From Octopus sinensis (lineage: Eukaryota), in assembly GCF_006345805.1 (NCBI RefSeq), contig NW_021832430.1:248001-312000 (forward strand): a DNA stretch of 64,000 nt. The letters run 5' to 3'. Shown here in pieces: positions 11,971 through 25,099 of this stretch. Every line of letters begins with the position of its first letter. Position 1 is the first letter of the stretch. Below the pieces are notes generated by a model. The model was not told where the DNA came from. It searched no databases and was given only the letters and a program-made list of their open reading frames with translations. Position numbers and translations under genes: made by a program.

Positions 11971-12690
11971 CCATACCATTTTATTATTATACAGTCAAAA
12001 ATAAGGCTTAGGGTAGTTATTTGAGTCAGAATTTTTGAAGTTGATATCCATTTAAAAGACAATTTTAATTAATTGTCTCTTGGAGCGTTATCTGCCTGGC
12101 AACTTTTGTCTGATAATGTCACGAATCGACAGTTGTTAAAAAAGGACTTCCTACCTTTCTTCAACCAGCACTTTTTAGGTGCCTCTTGTCTGCCGCACAC
12201 CAAAACAGTGACGCCTGGTTGAAGATATTCCCAACTGCATCCACAGGAACTCTTTTCAAAGACGATTCTCTCGGACTGAACCAATGCTCAACACACCGAT
12301 CCCATTGGGGAAGCATAATAAACGAGAAGTGACTGCACTCTCTCTCATGTCGACATAGCGTTCGCTGCTTTCCCCAACACGTAGCTCTGAATGATGTCGT
12401 GTCTGTAGTGTCTAGAACGCGGTGTTTGTTTTGAACCACCTAGTCTCGATCGATGTGACAAACAAGAGACCAGAGTCCCGAATCCTCTGAGGACGCAAGA
12501 AATAAAACGGGACGTACGAAAATCAGGCAATTAAAGCTTTTTCTGAAAATTGACAATATAGGAAATAATAAGTTTAATTCCTTGAATAAAGAAATATTAT
12601 TTTTTACTGTTTAATTCAGAGTTTACAGTTTTGCTAAATTTAGCAAAAATAAACGCCAATATTTAACTTACAAAACCGTTGTAAATAAAT

Positions 12691-14582
12691 ATGCTGCTTT
12701 ATGTTTTTATGTTGATGACTAAAACATATTCTTTTTGTTTTCCTCCGACAATGGAAATGTCAGAAACTAATATTATTCTTAATAAGACACACCACACTAT
12801 ACACTGTCCGATAAAAGCAATTCCAGCCGACAATTATGAGTATGATTATTATTACAGATTCAGATGGGCTAAAGATGGAATTCCGATTTACACCAAATAT
12901 TATATTGATGACTATAAAGCTGGCAGAGATCTTGCATTAAAAAAGAATTCCATTCATGAAGGATTATATGAATGCACTGTGAAAAATCAATGTGGAAAAG
13001 AAACATCACTTCCTATTAAAGTAGATTCTCCAAAGAAAGATACTGGTATATTTGAAATCATTAACTATTTAAGTCTTTAATTTTTACCATCAGCCTTATG
13101 AAATACTCAAGACTAAAGGTGTCAGTGGGAAATGTTCATGGTTCAGAAGAACTTGGGATGTGCACGAAATGTCCGCAATTGAGACACTGTCAATATCTAG
13201 AAGGCTATTCGTGGTGGACAACGATTTGTACATAAAATACTTTCTCAAAGATGATTCATTTTCTGAATACACGTGCAAACTTGAACATGGAAAAATATCA
13301 TTTTATTTCAATTATAAGATTGAAGGTTTTTGCTAGATTTTAAATAAAAAAAGAAACACAATTCGATATAGTGCACTTTTTTCCAAGAGGACAACAAATA
13401 CAACTTGAGTTTGGAGTTGTCCATCAAATCACTCCTTGTATATTTTTTGGAAGGTTTTTTTGGAAATGCATATTTTAGGGGATATGATAAAATAGTGTAT
13501 CATCAAGGAAATCATAAAATAGGAGCCAATACTATAATCATTAAATCACATAGAATAGATGAAATAAAAACAATTTCTTGCACTCCTGTCTTTAAAAGCA
13601 CCGTCTTGTCTGAGCATAGTCATGATTTCACACTGTCCTTTTATGGTCTGTGACTGTTTAAAATATTTATAGAATTGCCGTCAATTTCTGATTCATTCCA
13701 ATCAATCAATGCCACCATTGGATCAACAGCAATTTTTGAATGTTTTCCAAAAACAGGTTATCCACAACCTACAATAAAGTGGTATTTGGACTCTGTGGAA
13801 TATCGTATTTTAAGTAAAAATTACTTTTAGAAACGAAAAATTATTCTTTTGATTCGCGTTTGAATCATGACAACACACAATTAATTTTTCGCAAAGTAGC
13901 CCAATCGATGAGTGTTCGATGCCTTATTAAAAATAATTTCGGAATAGTTGCCAAAACTGTTTACCTTAAAGTAACGGAAAAACCCCAAATATACATGTCC
14001 CACTCAGGTCGCAATAAAATTACTCAATTTAATCGACCCGTCTTTTCATGCAAAGGAACGGTCGACCCAATCTTTAAATTACAAATAAATTGGTTATATG
14101 ACGGAGAACGGATAGAAAGTGATAAACAAAATTCCGACTTTTTGATAATGAATAATGAAATCGAAAGCGAATTTTTATTTACACTTTCATCTGACCAACT
14201 TAAAAAAATTAATAAAAAAACAGTAACTTTAACTTGCATTGTGTCCGACGGAATATCAAGGGTAAATCAAACAATAAATGTTTCATTTAATTATAGTGAG
14301 TTTTTATAATGATATGTTCCTAGTTGAACATGGACTGAAAATGCATGTCGTGTGGATTCTTTTTGGGATATTCTTGATGAATGGGATTATATTATCTGCT
14401 ATATTTATTTATATTCGAAGAAGTCACAAATGTTTATTTCAAAATACTCCGTATGGTTTTCTTATCAATTCTTTAGATTGAAAAATCTTCAAAAGCAAAA
14501 CTTCTGGGTTGAAGATTTGGAATGTTTTTCAACTTTTCAAACCTCTGTAGGAATGGAATCGAAAATAGTCGAAAAAACGTAG
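12691..14582 (+). CDS. Immunoglobulin-superfamily single-pass membrane protein, 8 exons
   Basis: Introns 13046-13073, 13326-13353, 13454-13478, 13646-13672, 13805-13830, 14296-14323 and 14451-14476 restore one open frame. Hydrophobic N-terminus; Ig motifs (FRWAKDG..EGLYEC, FEC..GYPQPTIKW, FSC..INWLYDG..LTCIV); TM helix VVWILFGIFLMNGIILSAIFIYI then RR; short tail. Confidence 0.85.
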
Positions 14583-14679
14583 GAATGATTATACATTTGT
14601 AATATGTTTAAATGCTATTTTAATAAAAAGCCTTTACCAATTAAGTAATTAATTCCCTAAGTCTAGGGTCTTTGAAATG

Positions 14680-16030
14680 AAAAAATGACGCTCCACGCAC
14701 CTCCTTCTCTTCTTCCTCCTCTTCTCTGGCACTGTAGACCCCCGAGAAGGTGCAGTCCAGCGCCTCTCGCTAACTAAATGTCGGAAAAGAACTGGATCGG
14801 GAAGTATCAAACAAGATACTCTCCATGATCCTCTTAAGAACAGTAGACTGCATATACTGTCTTAAGTACCCCTTGTGGTATTTAGTGACCTGTCCATTTA
14901 ATGTAATTACAAACAGAATGACACGGACTTTACACTGGTGCATCAGCTCTAGCTCGTTTGCCAAGAGGTCACAATTCCTCCTTTTCTCCACTTCCACTGT
15001 TTGCAAACGATCTAGGCACGTATGCCCACTCCCACAATAACGATCTCCATAGTAACCTTATCCACAATATTGGGTTTGTTGTGCTAGACAACAAACGAGG
15101 TGCATATGGGAGTATCCACTTTAATGCAAACCTTCAAGTTCTTACACACAGATCGAAATCAATGACTTCTCAACTTGTTGGAGAGCCTCAAGCCATACTT
15201 ATTGTAGGTGCAGAAGATAGAGGGACCTCATCACCTTCTTATACCTCCATTTGTAATCATGGTACAGCATATCTACGCAATTCGTAGCTAAATGGTCAAC
15301 TTTTACAGTGGCTACACTGTTTCCGTTTATTATTAAAAATAATTTATGTCTTGAAAATATGAGAATAACTCTTCTGATTGGAAAGAATTATTCCCATACT
15401 TCGATTTTTAATAGCGATTCTCTATAAGTTTGATCAACTCCTTCATGTTAACTTGGGTATTTAGCACCAGACCATATTTAGCTAACACATAGCCTTTTAT
15501 GGCCCCAAAGTGTGTACCATGCGCTTTTCAACAGCAACGAAGGCAACTTTCCTTTGGAAAACACCCGACCCACTCCACAGGTGTTGTGCATCTTAGTAAG
15601 AATTCTCTCACTTAAGTGTACGATGTTACTTAGTCCACGTCATAGCATCCCGCGAGACAAGTATAATCTATCTTTATTGCTTGCCAACACGTGGACATAA
15701 TTCTCTCGGAGTACTCTTCAAACAATAAGGTTTATTTCATCGTACTCACTCGGCTAGAATTCGATCAGGCCAACGTAGTAGTTTAGCAGTGAGATCATGT
15801 ACTCGTTCGTGAAATAAGCTTCGTGTATTGAGGCGAGTTTTGCATAACATTGCTGCCGTACTGCGCACACCCTCCACTACACACTTTCTCGATTCAGATA
15901 TGATTAATGAGTCTGGACACTCAAACACACCAAGATACTTATATTCATGTTGCTCCTCCAAGACTTTGACTAGGTCACCACACACAGGGGTGTTAGTCGC
16001 CGACAGCTCCACACCCACCGCCTTCACTGG
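14680..16030 (-). mobile_element. Decayed REL-type non-LTR retrotransposon (R4/Dong-like)
   Basis: YKYLG RT thumb motif (15746-16027) and VEVEK..DLLANEL..VITLNGQVTKYH C-terminus; many stops. Confidence 0.75.
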
Positions 16031-17242
16031 TTATCGGATGATAATCTGTCGGAGCGGAAGAATTATCTATTTTAAGAATCAAATAAGTGACTCCAGTACA
16101 TAACCACTCTGGAATCGAGCAAGGGTAAAGTCTTCTGATTAACAAGAATCAGCTTCTTCCTTTCTGTTTGGACACACCTCAACTCATTAAGGTCCCATTT
16201 GTCACATTATGAATGTGCCGAGCTCAGCCTTTCTTGCCTATCTTTGGGGAAATGTTTTTCTTTTACCTACTCTTTGACAGTTGAGTTATATGAACTGGTT
16301 ATCCGGTTCATTATCGAAATCCATTTATAACTGAGGTTTTCCAAACATTAATATTATTTTATTTATTGCTTTGGAGACTTCCATAGCTGACTTAAACAAT
16401 AATGGTGACGTCCAACAAAACTTCGAGAATGCATCGAATAGAATAAACTATGTCTTTCTTGGAGTCGGACAATCTGAATAATGATGCCGTCATCCTAAAA
16501 TTCGACTCATTCTGATTATTTTTCTGTAACGTTAACAAAACAAACTTCATGACACAAAATTATGTTAGCGTGGTCGGAAAATTTCAGCCATTCAAATGAG
16601 GTCAGTTATTTTAAGTCAGCATGTCTCTGTTTCTCTAAAGTGGAGTCTTTCAGGCCTAGTTGTATGTTGTTTATCAACTTTAGGGCAGTTTCTGGCCTTC
16701 TTATTCATTTCGATTCCGGATCATTGGCTTTAATCTCGTCATTCTCCTGAGACCTATTCTTGAGTGAACTATAGGAGCATTTTCCTTTATTCACTATCAC
16801 CATTCTTAAACATTTAACTGGTTTTAAAGACCATCAAAGTCTGAACATATCCAAATTAGACTAGACCGACTTGGAACTGTATTATAAATTAGTTTGCCCT
16901 CTCATATTTAGCAAATTATGTTCATGTGGTAATTCAATTCAAAAAGGTGTTGAATAACTAATTCATTGAGATTTTCTGGACTTTATTAATTTCCCTGGCA
17001 TATTGAAAACAAATTCTTTAGACTTATATTGTTTTGACCAATTTGAAAATTTTTTTACCTGCGAGGACGGGTGCCACACTTCTCATAAACCATTTGATAT
17101 CCCGACATATTAAACACTGTTTAAGAAAGCCTTGTCGTGGTAACGGAAATGAATAAAATCTTTTATAACAAATCAGATATTTAATCAATATAGGCCTGCA
17201 CTTCACTCTTTTTAACCCCCTAAACTCCAAAATACATAACTA

Positions 17243-19557
17243 TACCATTTTCAATTCAAGTTTGACATTTTTTATACCAATTTTGAAAATGCGACGTTCA
17301 ATTTTGACACTTTTTGCATCAATTTTGACAATGCAACATTCAATTTTGACAATGCAATAAGCAATATTGACATTTTTTACATCGGTTTTGACAATGCGAT
17401 ATTCAATTTTGACACTTTTTGCATCAATTTTGACAATGCAATAAGCAATATTGACATTTTTACATCGGTTTTGACAATTCGATATTCAATTTTGACATTT
17501 TTTAGATCAATTTTGACAAATATTTTTATAACGGACACACATAAGGACTTTTCTATGCGGCTAAATCAAGATGAGAGTTAATAAAGACAATTTATTAATC
17601 AGGTCAGATTAATGGAATCCCAATCGTACAATTCGCAATAATTTTTTCTGCATTTCTGTAAAAATTCCGTATTTTCTCGCGAGTTAGATTTGTCATAGAA
17701 TATTCTAAGGCATTTTTTAATAATAGTGCTCGAAATTCTGTCAGCGTTCCATTTCCTGCTGCATAAACATTGTTATGAGGATTATTGTGATTGGATAAAT
17801 ATGTCTTAATCCCAGCCTTGATAATCGAAAAACAGCCTTCGCATGGATTTAGCTGCGGAGAATATGGTGCATCAAATCTTCGAATTGTATGTTCTACTCT
17901 CACGCCTTCAAAATTTCCTTGTTTTTTTATGGATTGGAGCATTATCCATATAAATAATATGTCGCGAGCGCAGCGCGCGACCGAGCGCTAGACGCGACTT
18001 TAACACCTAACAAGCCTATCATCAACAAATATATTTATTAAATTATTTAAAATTTTAACATGATTTAAAATTAAAATTGAAATAACTTAAGTTTTCCATT
18101 GAATCCCATAAAATAATTTATAAGTAGACCTTAATAGAAAAAGTAAAATCAATTAATACTGAACGCTAATTTGGTTTAGGTTGTGAGGGGGGTAATAATT
18201 TGACAGATCTCATTGCTATTTTTTCGTTTTAATCTCTAAAATTAGGTCTTCTAATCAAAAATGAACTGTGCAGACAGGCTTGCTCCTTCAGAAGATTCTT
18301 GTTTTGACATTTTTATAAATTATGAAGCATTTAGATTTTTTCTCATTATTCTAAAATATCAATTATAAATTTTAAAATATTATTTTTATTTATGAAATCG
18401 GTTTTAAAGCTCATTCTGCTTTGGCATCGATTTTAATTTTTGTTATCGAATATATTTAATCCCAAATACAAGCCTGGGTATTTGTCAATTTATAGATTTT
18501 TTGATTGATCGGATCTAGAAATTGAGTGGTCGCTCGCTGCGCTCGCGACATAATAATTTCCTCTCCAGCTAAACTGTCCGATAATGCCGTCATAAAATTG
18601 CAAAATTTCGATTTTATAGATCCAATGTGTGATTCAAATCTCACAATTGTTCCATTGTCATCAATTGCCAAAATAACGTTAAGATTCACTCCTTTGCTTG
18701 CCCTTACTGGAACTATCGCACGTGATCCTGTAAAGGATCGGCCGAATTTTTTTAACGTAAAAAGATTAAAATTTATTTCGTCCAAATGTATTTTTCTATT
18801 TGTATTACGTTGATAATCCAATGAAAATATTTTTCTTTTTTCTATATTTTCCGGACTATTCCTAGAAATTGGTTCTCTTCGCAGCATTTTGTAGGTAATC
18901 AATCGCCCATCAAGTCGGTTATATATTGTCGCAATACAAACTTTATTATTTACCAATTTTCGTAATTCCTTCAATGTTATCGATGGATTATTATCAATTG
19001 TTTCAATTATCAAATTCATATCATCATCCGTAAGTTTTATCGTAGCATCCCTTCTACCTCCACGTTTACAAAGATACGGATTTCCACTTTTTACAATGGC
19101 TATAGCTGTTTTCCTCTTGACACCAAGATCGCGAGCAAGCTGTATATAATCACCGCCCTCTTCATCCTTATTTATAAGTGCTCTTCTTGTAGCTTCTGAC
19201 ACTCTTGAATTTTTTCTTGACATAAAATTCGTACAGGGACGGCGAATCAGAAAATGTAAAATAAATGACAAATCGGCAAAAGTCAAAATTGATGTAAAAA
19301 GTGTCAAAATTGAATGTCGCATTGTCAAATTTGAATATCGCATTGTCAAAACCGATGCAAAAAATGTCAATATTGCTTATTGCATTGTCAAAATTGAATG
19401 TTGCAATGTCAAAATTGATGCAAAAAATGTCAATATTGCTTATTGCATTGTCAAAATTGATGCAAAAAGTGTCAAAATTGAATGTCGCGTTGTCAAATTT
19501 GAATATTGCATTGTCAAAATTGGTGCAAAAAATGTCAAACTTGAACTGAAAATGGTA
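17243..19557 (-). mobile_element. Tc1-family (DD34E) transposon, TA target duplication, interrupted by a MITE
   Basis: TIR TACCATTTTCA(A/G)TTCAAGTTTGACATTTTT with ~280 bp of inverted subterminal 21-bp repeats. Transposase MSRKNSR.. with IHLDE, YMDNAPIH and PYSPQLNPCE; D-E spacing is 34 after correcting one A-run indel. Confidence 0.9.
17957..18553 (-). mobile_element. ~600-bp non-autonomous TIR element (MITE), copy 1
   Basis: TIR TATGTCGCGAGCGCAGCG with a TA duplication; removing it restores EEIIYMDNA in the Tc1 transposase. Confidence 0.88.
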
Positions 19558-20842
19558 TAAACCTTCATTTTGAGGATTATCTTTAACTTAGCATCGGAGG
19601 GGTCATTAATGTGCTGACAATACAAGTTTACAAATTCGGGGGGATCAATTTCTTCTGCGCCAATGGTGATTTTAGGAATGAATTCAGAAAGACTCATTTG
19701 CCTGGTCACATAATTCATATAACTGACTATAACAAACCGACCACGTAATGGGGGAAGAACGCATCCGTAAAGCCTCCACAACTGGTATTTGAAGGAACGA
19801 CACTTTTATGTTGTATGTATCCAACAAAAACTACTAAATATGTAGAATAGCTATCCATTTTTCAGCAAAAGGGTCCACTTCTTTCAATATGAATAAGGTT
19901 TAAGTTAATTTCTTTCAACCGTCCTTGAAGCGACCAAATATAACCTACGTGACAAATTGTGGCAAAAATGAACTAGAACAAACATGAGAAATCCAACTAG
20001 AAATTATTTGTCCAATTTGTGGAATGCATTCAATGGAGTGAGGATCTATAGTCTTGAGGGGACCACGACACAAAAAAGTAAAATCGTCCATGAAAAGTTT
20101 TTGTAATATTTTTATTTGAACTTCTTTATATCTATTTCGTAATAGTTGCTAAGTGTGTCTGCATGTCACAAAATTCAAGGTTGAAGAGTCGTGTAACCTC
20201 TACAAGCCATATCCGGTCGGGATTCACTTTAGAGGTCAGCCTGGGGTTATCAAGATGAATTGACAAATTTTGTTTTTTCCTGAAATAAGTGGTTTTTAAG
20301 GAATATAGACATGTGTAGTTTGTCTCTTCAGAGTTTTCTTTATTTTTGGGAAAAACTGGAAATCAGAAGCCGGGAATCTTGTCTAGGATATATGAAGTAA
20401 TGGATCAAGTCCCTTTGAATATTGCGAGGTAATTCGCTTACTATCCGTCGTGCGACCGGAAAAAGCAACTTTTCATTTGGGGTCAAGTCTTGTCAACGTT
20501 CCCCACCCGTGAGGCGATGAGTACTTCTGAACGACACAGTTGTAGAAAGGAGTTTTCCTACCTTCCCTGATTACATTACCAATGGGAAATCTCCATTATG
20601 CAAAAGCCTTCCAGAGAAAAATGAAGTTCGGTCCGTGACGGTTAAAGGCTATTAAATTTGACCTGGGCATACCAAAATTTCTCGACCTCTCTTTGGATAG
20701 GGAAGTCAGTAATGAAGAATTTGGAGGTGTATGTTGATCGGCACAAATAATTTCTTCCTTCGGTCTTCGTTCGATTAGTTAATTGTGACTATCGGTGGCT
20801 AATAAATAATTTTCAAAGAAAGAGTAAAGCAAAATAAAATCC

Positions 20843-22200
20843 ATGCTCAAAGGACAAGAACTAAATATATCAGCTTTTCGGAAGTATAAACTAAAAAAAA
20901 GGCTGAAAAATTTGTTTAAATAGACGGAAAGCTATATCTTTAAGATTTTTTATCTAATCAGAAACTTGTTATTACTGCTACCGACGCACATGAGATGCAG
21001 ACAATTGCAGAAGAGATCCACGACGCTAATAATTGTGGACACAATGCATTGGAAAAATTCTGTAGAAAACAATTTTTTTGTTAAAAGAGATGGCATTCGT
21101 CAGGTGGTAAGAGACTGCGGTATATGCCAATCTGCAGTCCCACTAAAACAATTATGACGACGTAAGTTATATTTTTGCGGATGTACCAAATGAGAGATTT
21201 CAGATTGATCTGTCGAACTTGAAAATATAAAATTGTGTTATATTATGTCGCGAGCGCAGCGAGCACGCGAGCGCAGCGAGCAACCACTCAATTTCTAGAT
21301 CCGATCAATCAAAAAATCTATAAATTGACAAATACCCAGGCTTGTATTTGGGATTAAATATATTCGATAACAAAAATTAAAATCGATGCCAAAGCAGAAT
21401 GAGCTTTAAAACCGATTTCATAAATAAAAATAATATTTTAAAATTTATAATTGATTTTTTAGAATAATGAGAAAAAATCTAAATGCTTCATAATTTATAA
21501 AAATGTCAAAACAAGAATCTTCTGAAGGAGCAAGCCTGTCTGCACAGTTCATTTTTGATTAGAAGACCTAATTTTAGAGATTAAAACGAAAAAATAGCAA
21601 TGAGATTTGTCAAATTATTACCCCCCTCACAACCTAAACAAAATTAGCGTTCAGTATTCATTGATTTTACTTTTTCTATTAAGGTCTACTTATAAATTAT
21701 TTTATGGGATTCAATGGAAAACTTAAGTTATTTCAATTTTAATTTTAAATCATGTTAAAATTTTAAATAATTTAATAAATATATTTGTTGATGACAGGCT
21801 TGTTAGCTGTCAAATGTGCGCGTCGCGCTCGCGTGCTCGCTGCGCTCGCGACATATTAAAAGTTTGTAAATGACAATGATCAATATTCTTGGTTTTTCAC
21901 TGTTATTGACGTTTATTTGAGATCTGCCATCACAATGAATTCTAGAAATACAAGTGGAATTGAAATCGCTGGAAAATTAAACTACATTTTCGTGGATCAT
22001 GGCCCTTACAGATATTTACAGTCTGTTAACGAAACAGAATTCAAAAATCTTCACATTTCAAATTTATGTGGAGAATTCTAAATTACTCAAATTCATGGAA
22101 GGCTGAACAATCCTCAGAGTCGAAGGATATTTAAACAATTTAACCAGACAATCACAAGGAGTTTATCCATATTGATGGCTTCGGATGATCAAAAAAGTAA
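20843..22200 (+). pseudogene. Decayed Ginger2/KRBA2-like DDE integrase
   Basis: IHD..CGH..VVRDCGICQ zinc motif, ERFQIDL, WFFTVIDV, YLQS.NETEFKN, HGR.NNPQS; stops and frameshifts. Confidence 0.75.
21243..21856 (+). mobile_element. Same MITE, copy 2 (inverted), inserted in the integrase
   Basis: Near-identical reverse complement of 17957-18553; TA flanks. Confidence 0.9.
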
Positions 22201-22351
22201 ATAAAAACATTTAAAAGGCTGTGTTTTGTATATCCGTATGGGGATCCAGTAACTATTGTCGAAAAATTGTCTAAAAATTTTTTCAGAGTCGAAGATAGTG
22301 CTTGGTCACAATAAAGCCTTATTATAAATTAACGTCTTTAGTTACTAATAA

Positions 22352-22608
22352 CTAACTAATCTGTATAATTCTTCTCCTTTTTGGACCGTTGCACTGGATC
22401 TGCGTATTCTTCTCCTCTAACACTTCATATGACACATGAGACACATCTTCCGGCAAATCTGGTGGATCTGTTGTTTCTCTAGCCAATTTTAGGAGGTGGT
22501 TGGTGGCTCTCGAAACTTGTTCCTCATGTTTTTCAATTTCCACTCCATGTTTATGTTCAACAAGCATGGCCTCCAATGTCTTTTTAATCGTCAGCGATTG
22601 TATATACG
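22352..22608 (-). mobile_element. 3' end of REL-type retrotransposon (target of the hAT insertion)
   Basis: YIQSLTIKKTLEAMLVEHK matches the C-terminus at 45003-45250; continues at 23758-23813. Confidence 0.65.
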
Positions 22609-22616
22609 ATCTAGTG

Positions 22617-23749
22617 CAGTGGTTCTCAACCTGGGGTCCGCGAAAGATTCCAGGGGGACCGCGAGATTTTTCTGAAACTTTATTTAAATGTTTATATTTA
22701 ATGATAACAATTTTAAATTAATATATAATAGAATTAAATCATAATTAATAATATCTCTTTTAGATATATTATAAATAAATATATTTTATATTCAATAATA
22801 CTGAGGGGGCTAAATAGCTGAATGTAGCTCAATTATTTATAAAAATCGTATATATATTTATTTTTTAGTAAAAGTTAATAAAATTTTTAAGCACGTTATT
22901 GATATGAATTCCTCGAATGTTGTTGAGATACGCAAATATAATCCTGATTATATAAAATATGGGTTTATTTGTATTGATGAAGATGGATTTGAAAGCCCAA
23001 AATGTGTTGTGTGCATGAAAATTCTGTCACACAATAGCATGAAACCAACAACTCTTGTGAGACACTTGCGCACTGTCATCCCCATCTAATCCACAAAAAT
23101 AAGGATTATTTTATTTCTTTGCGTAAAATGATGAAAAATCGGCTGACGGACAACTCGCCTACAGACGAGTTGTCCTTGAACTCGACAATAACAAGGACGG
23201 ACAACTCGCCTAGGAAGAAATGTATATTTGGGGTATTAAAATTTGTATTTCAATAATTTTAACGATTTTTTAGAAGTAACTAATAATAAAAGAATTTTAG
23301 AATAACATGAATTTTTAAAATCAATCTATGTTAGACTTGCCGTCTTAAGTAGACATCATTTTATAATTTGCCCCCAGCGGGGTAGGGGATAAAAAAACTT
23401 TTAATTGATAATGTCAAGACCGATAAGTAGCACAAAATCTTTATTTCTAAAATTGTCAATTGATATTTTATTATAGTTCAAATCGACGTTTTTTGTAAAA
23501 ATAAAAATTGAAAAAGTTCTATTTATGAAAAATTTAATTTAAAATTCTCTTTTTTGTTAGAATTTTTAATTAAATTAAATCCTAATAAATGGCTACAATT
23601 AAAAAGATATTAGGCCAAAGAAAGAGTGAGGTGGTAATTTTGGACAACAAAATTTTTTTGACAAAAAACTTAATAAATATGTAGGGGGTCCGCGAAATTT
23701 TTCATTTACTCACAAGGGGTCCGCGGACAAAAAAGGTTGAGAACCACTG
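22617..23749 (+). mobile_element. Internally deleted hAT Buster/Charlie element
   Basis: TIR CAGTGGTTCTCAACCT, 8-bp TSD ATCTAGTG (22609-22616 and 23750-23757), BED-finger fragment RKYNPDYIKYGF..PKCVVC..MKP..LVRH. Confidence 0.93.
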
Positions 23750-23813
23750 ATCTAGTGGAAGCATCCAACTTCAGTCTTCCCATATAAGACTTACTGACTT
23801 TAGAAAAGACCTC

Positions 23814-23925
23814 CTAATGCCGCAAGACCTGTCCGCGAGATTCAAGGAACCCCGACAACCAGCGCCTTAGACACGGAGAAACCTCACACGTGGCGAGGGA
23901 GGTCCGGAAGCCGTCGTGCCACCAC
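23814..23925 (-). mobile_element. Short internal fragment of the 5487-10047 LINE family (copy B at 46206-46317)
   Basis: WHDGFRTSLATCEVSPCLRRWLSGFLES matches 9100-9200. Confidence 0.85.
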
Positions 23926-24065
23926 ACAAAGGCCGCTGTGGTGCATCGATTGATCAATTTGGACTTCACCTTTTTTCTTGCCGAAAAAGCGCTGGTAGAT
24001 TCCCGAGGCATTCAGCTCTCAACGACGTTTGAAATTGAGTTGTACCTAATTTCATATTATTTTAT

Positions 24066-24805
24066 GTGCTCTCGGCAAACCTTGACCAACACCGCCTGGC
24101 ATGCCTTCGTGCGGCATCCGCCCCTCACTCTGGCAGCTGGATGAATGCTCTTCCTCTTTCCAGCATCGGGACGTGGCTAGACGATGCTGCCATACGCATC
24201 GGAGTGGCTCACCGACTCGGCCTGGATGTTTGTGCAAAACACCGCTGCAGATGCGGTGAGGACGTTGACGAAAAGGGACTGCACCCACTTTCCTGCAAGA
24301 GGAGCGCAGGCAGGGAACACAGACACAAGGCCCTCATTCGTGCCTCCTCGAACCGGTCGGACTCGATCGGGGAAATGGCAAAAGGCCTGACGGGATGACA
24401 ATATTCCCGTACTCGTCGGGGAAGGCCCTCGTATGGGATGTTACCGTTGTGGATACCTTTTCAAATCGAGGATCCATTCTTCCGCCGCAAACCCTTGTTC
24501 GGCTGCAAACCACGCCGAAAAGATCAAAATACAAAAATATTCTTCGCTCGCGAACCGCTACCGCGTTACGCCAATCGCCCTGGAGACCGCTGGAACCGCG
24601 GGAAAGGAGACTGACTCGTTCCTCAACGAGGTCGGGCAGTCCATTGGGAGGAGGCTCAAGAACACGAGAGAGGGTCTCTGGTTCTGCCAGCGCATCGGCC
24701 TGGCCATTGTTTGGGGCAACGCACACTGCGTCCTCGCCGCTGGGACTTACGATTTTCGTTTTTTTTGACTTTCGTTTATTACAAAAAAAATTAAAAAAAA
24801 AAAAA
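24066..24805 (+). mobile_element. CRE-clade non-LTR retrotransposon 3' region with A-rich tail
   Basis: GSWMNALP, RLGL..C.C..GLHPLSC..RH zinc finger, RPDGMT..WDVT REL endonuclease, QRIGLAI.WGNA; followed by poly(A). Confidence 0.85.
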
Positions 24806-25099
24806 TTTATGTGTAAAAATTCCAAAATCCACTTTTTAAGATTAATAAGAAAAAAAGCAAAACTGCTCAGAAACTCTACATGCCCTCCAACCAACAGGAA
24901 CGATCGTCCAAACGTTCAAAAAAGAACGTCAAGTCACGCTCAAGCAATGCAGAGTATAGAACATCATCACAGCTTTGTGTAAGAACAATTTCGATGAACG
25001 TTCTTTCAAGGCAAACTTTAGAAATGATCCCTAGAAGTATAGCCTTAATTTTCACAAAAATGCAAAATTTTAAATCACATAGTTCTTTTAGTTAAAATA

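Larger units (their letters stand above)
4255..11992 (-). mobile_element. Non-autonomous Helitron hosting the LINE insertion and internal tandem repeats
   Basis: The 3' end (minus strand) is a GC-rich stretch then CTAG|T at 4255, downstream of a PIF1 helicase C-terminus. The 5' end near 11990 reads TATAATAATAAAATGG followed by a (GTCT)n microsatellite, as in DINE-1/Lep1-type Helitrons. That both ends belong to one element is inferred. Confidence 0.6.

Noticed and set aside
19301-19549. Repetitive ORF MSKLNVALSNL..
   Set aside because: It is a translation of the 21-bp subterminal repeats of the Tc1 TIR.
19570-20760. Moderately GC segment, possibly another decayed element
   Set aside because: No motif could be identified with confidence, so it is left unannotated.
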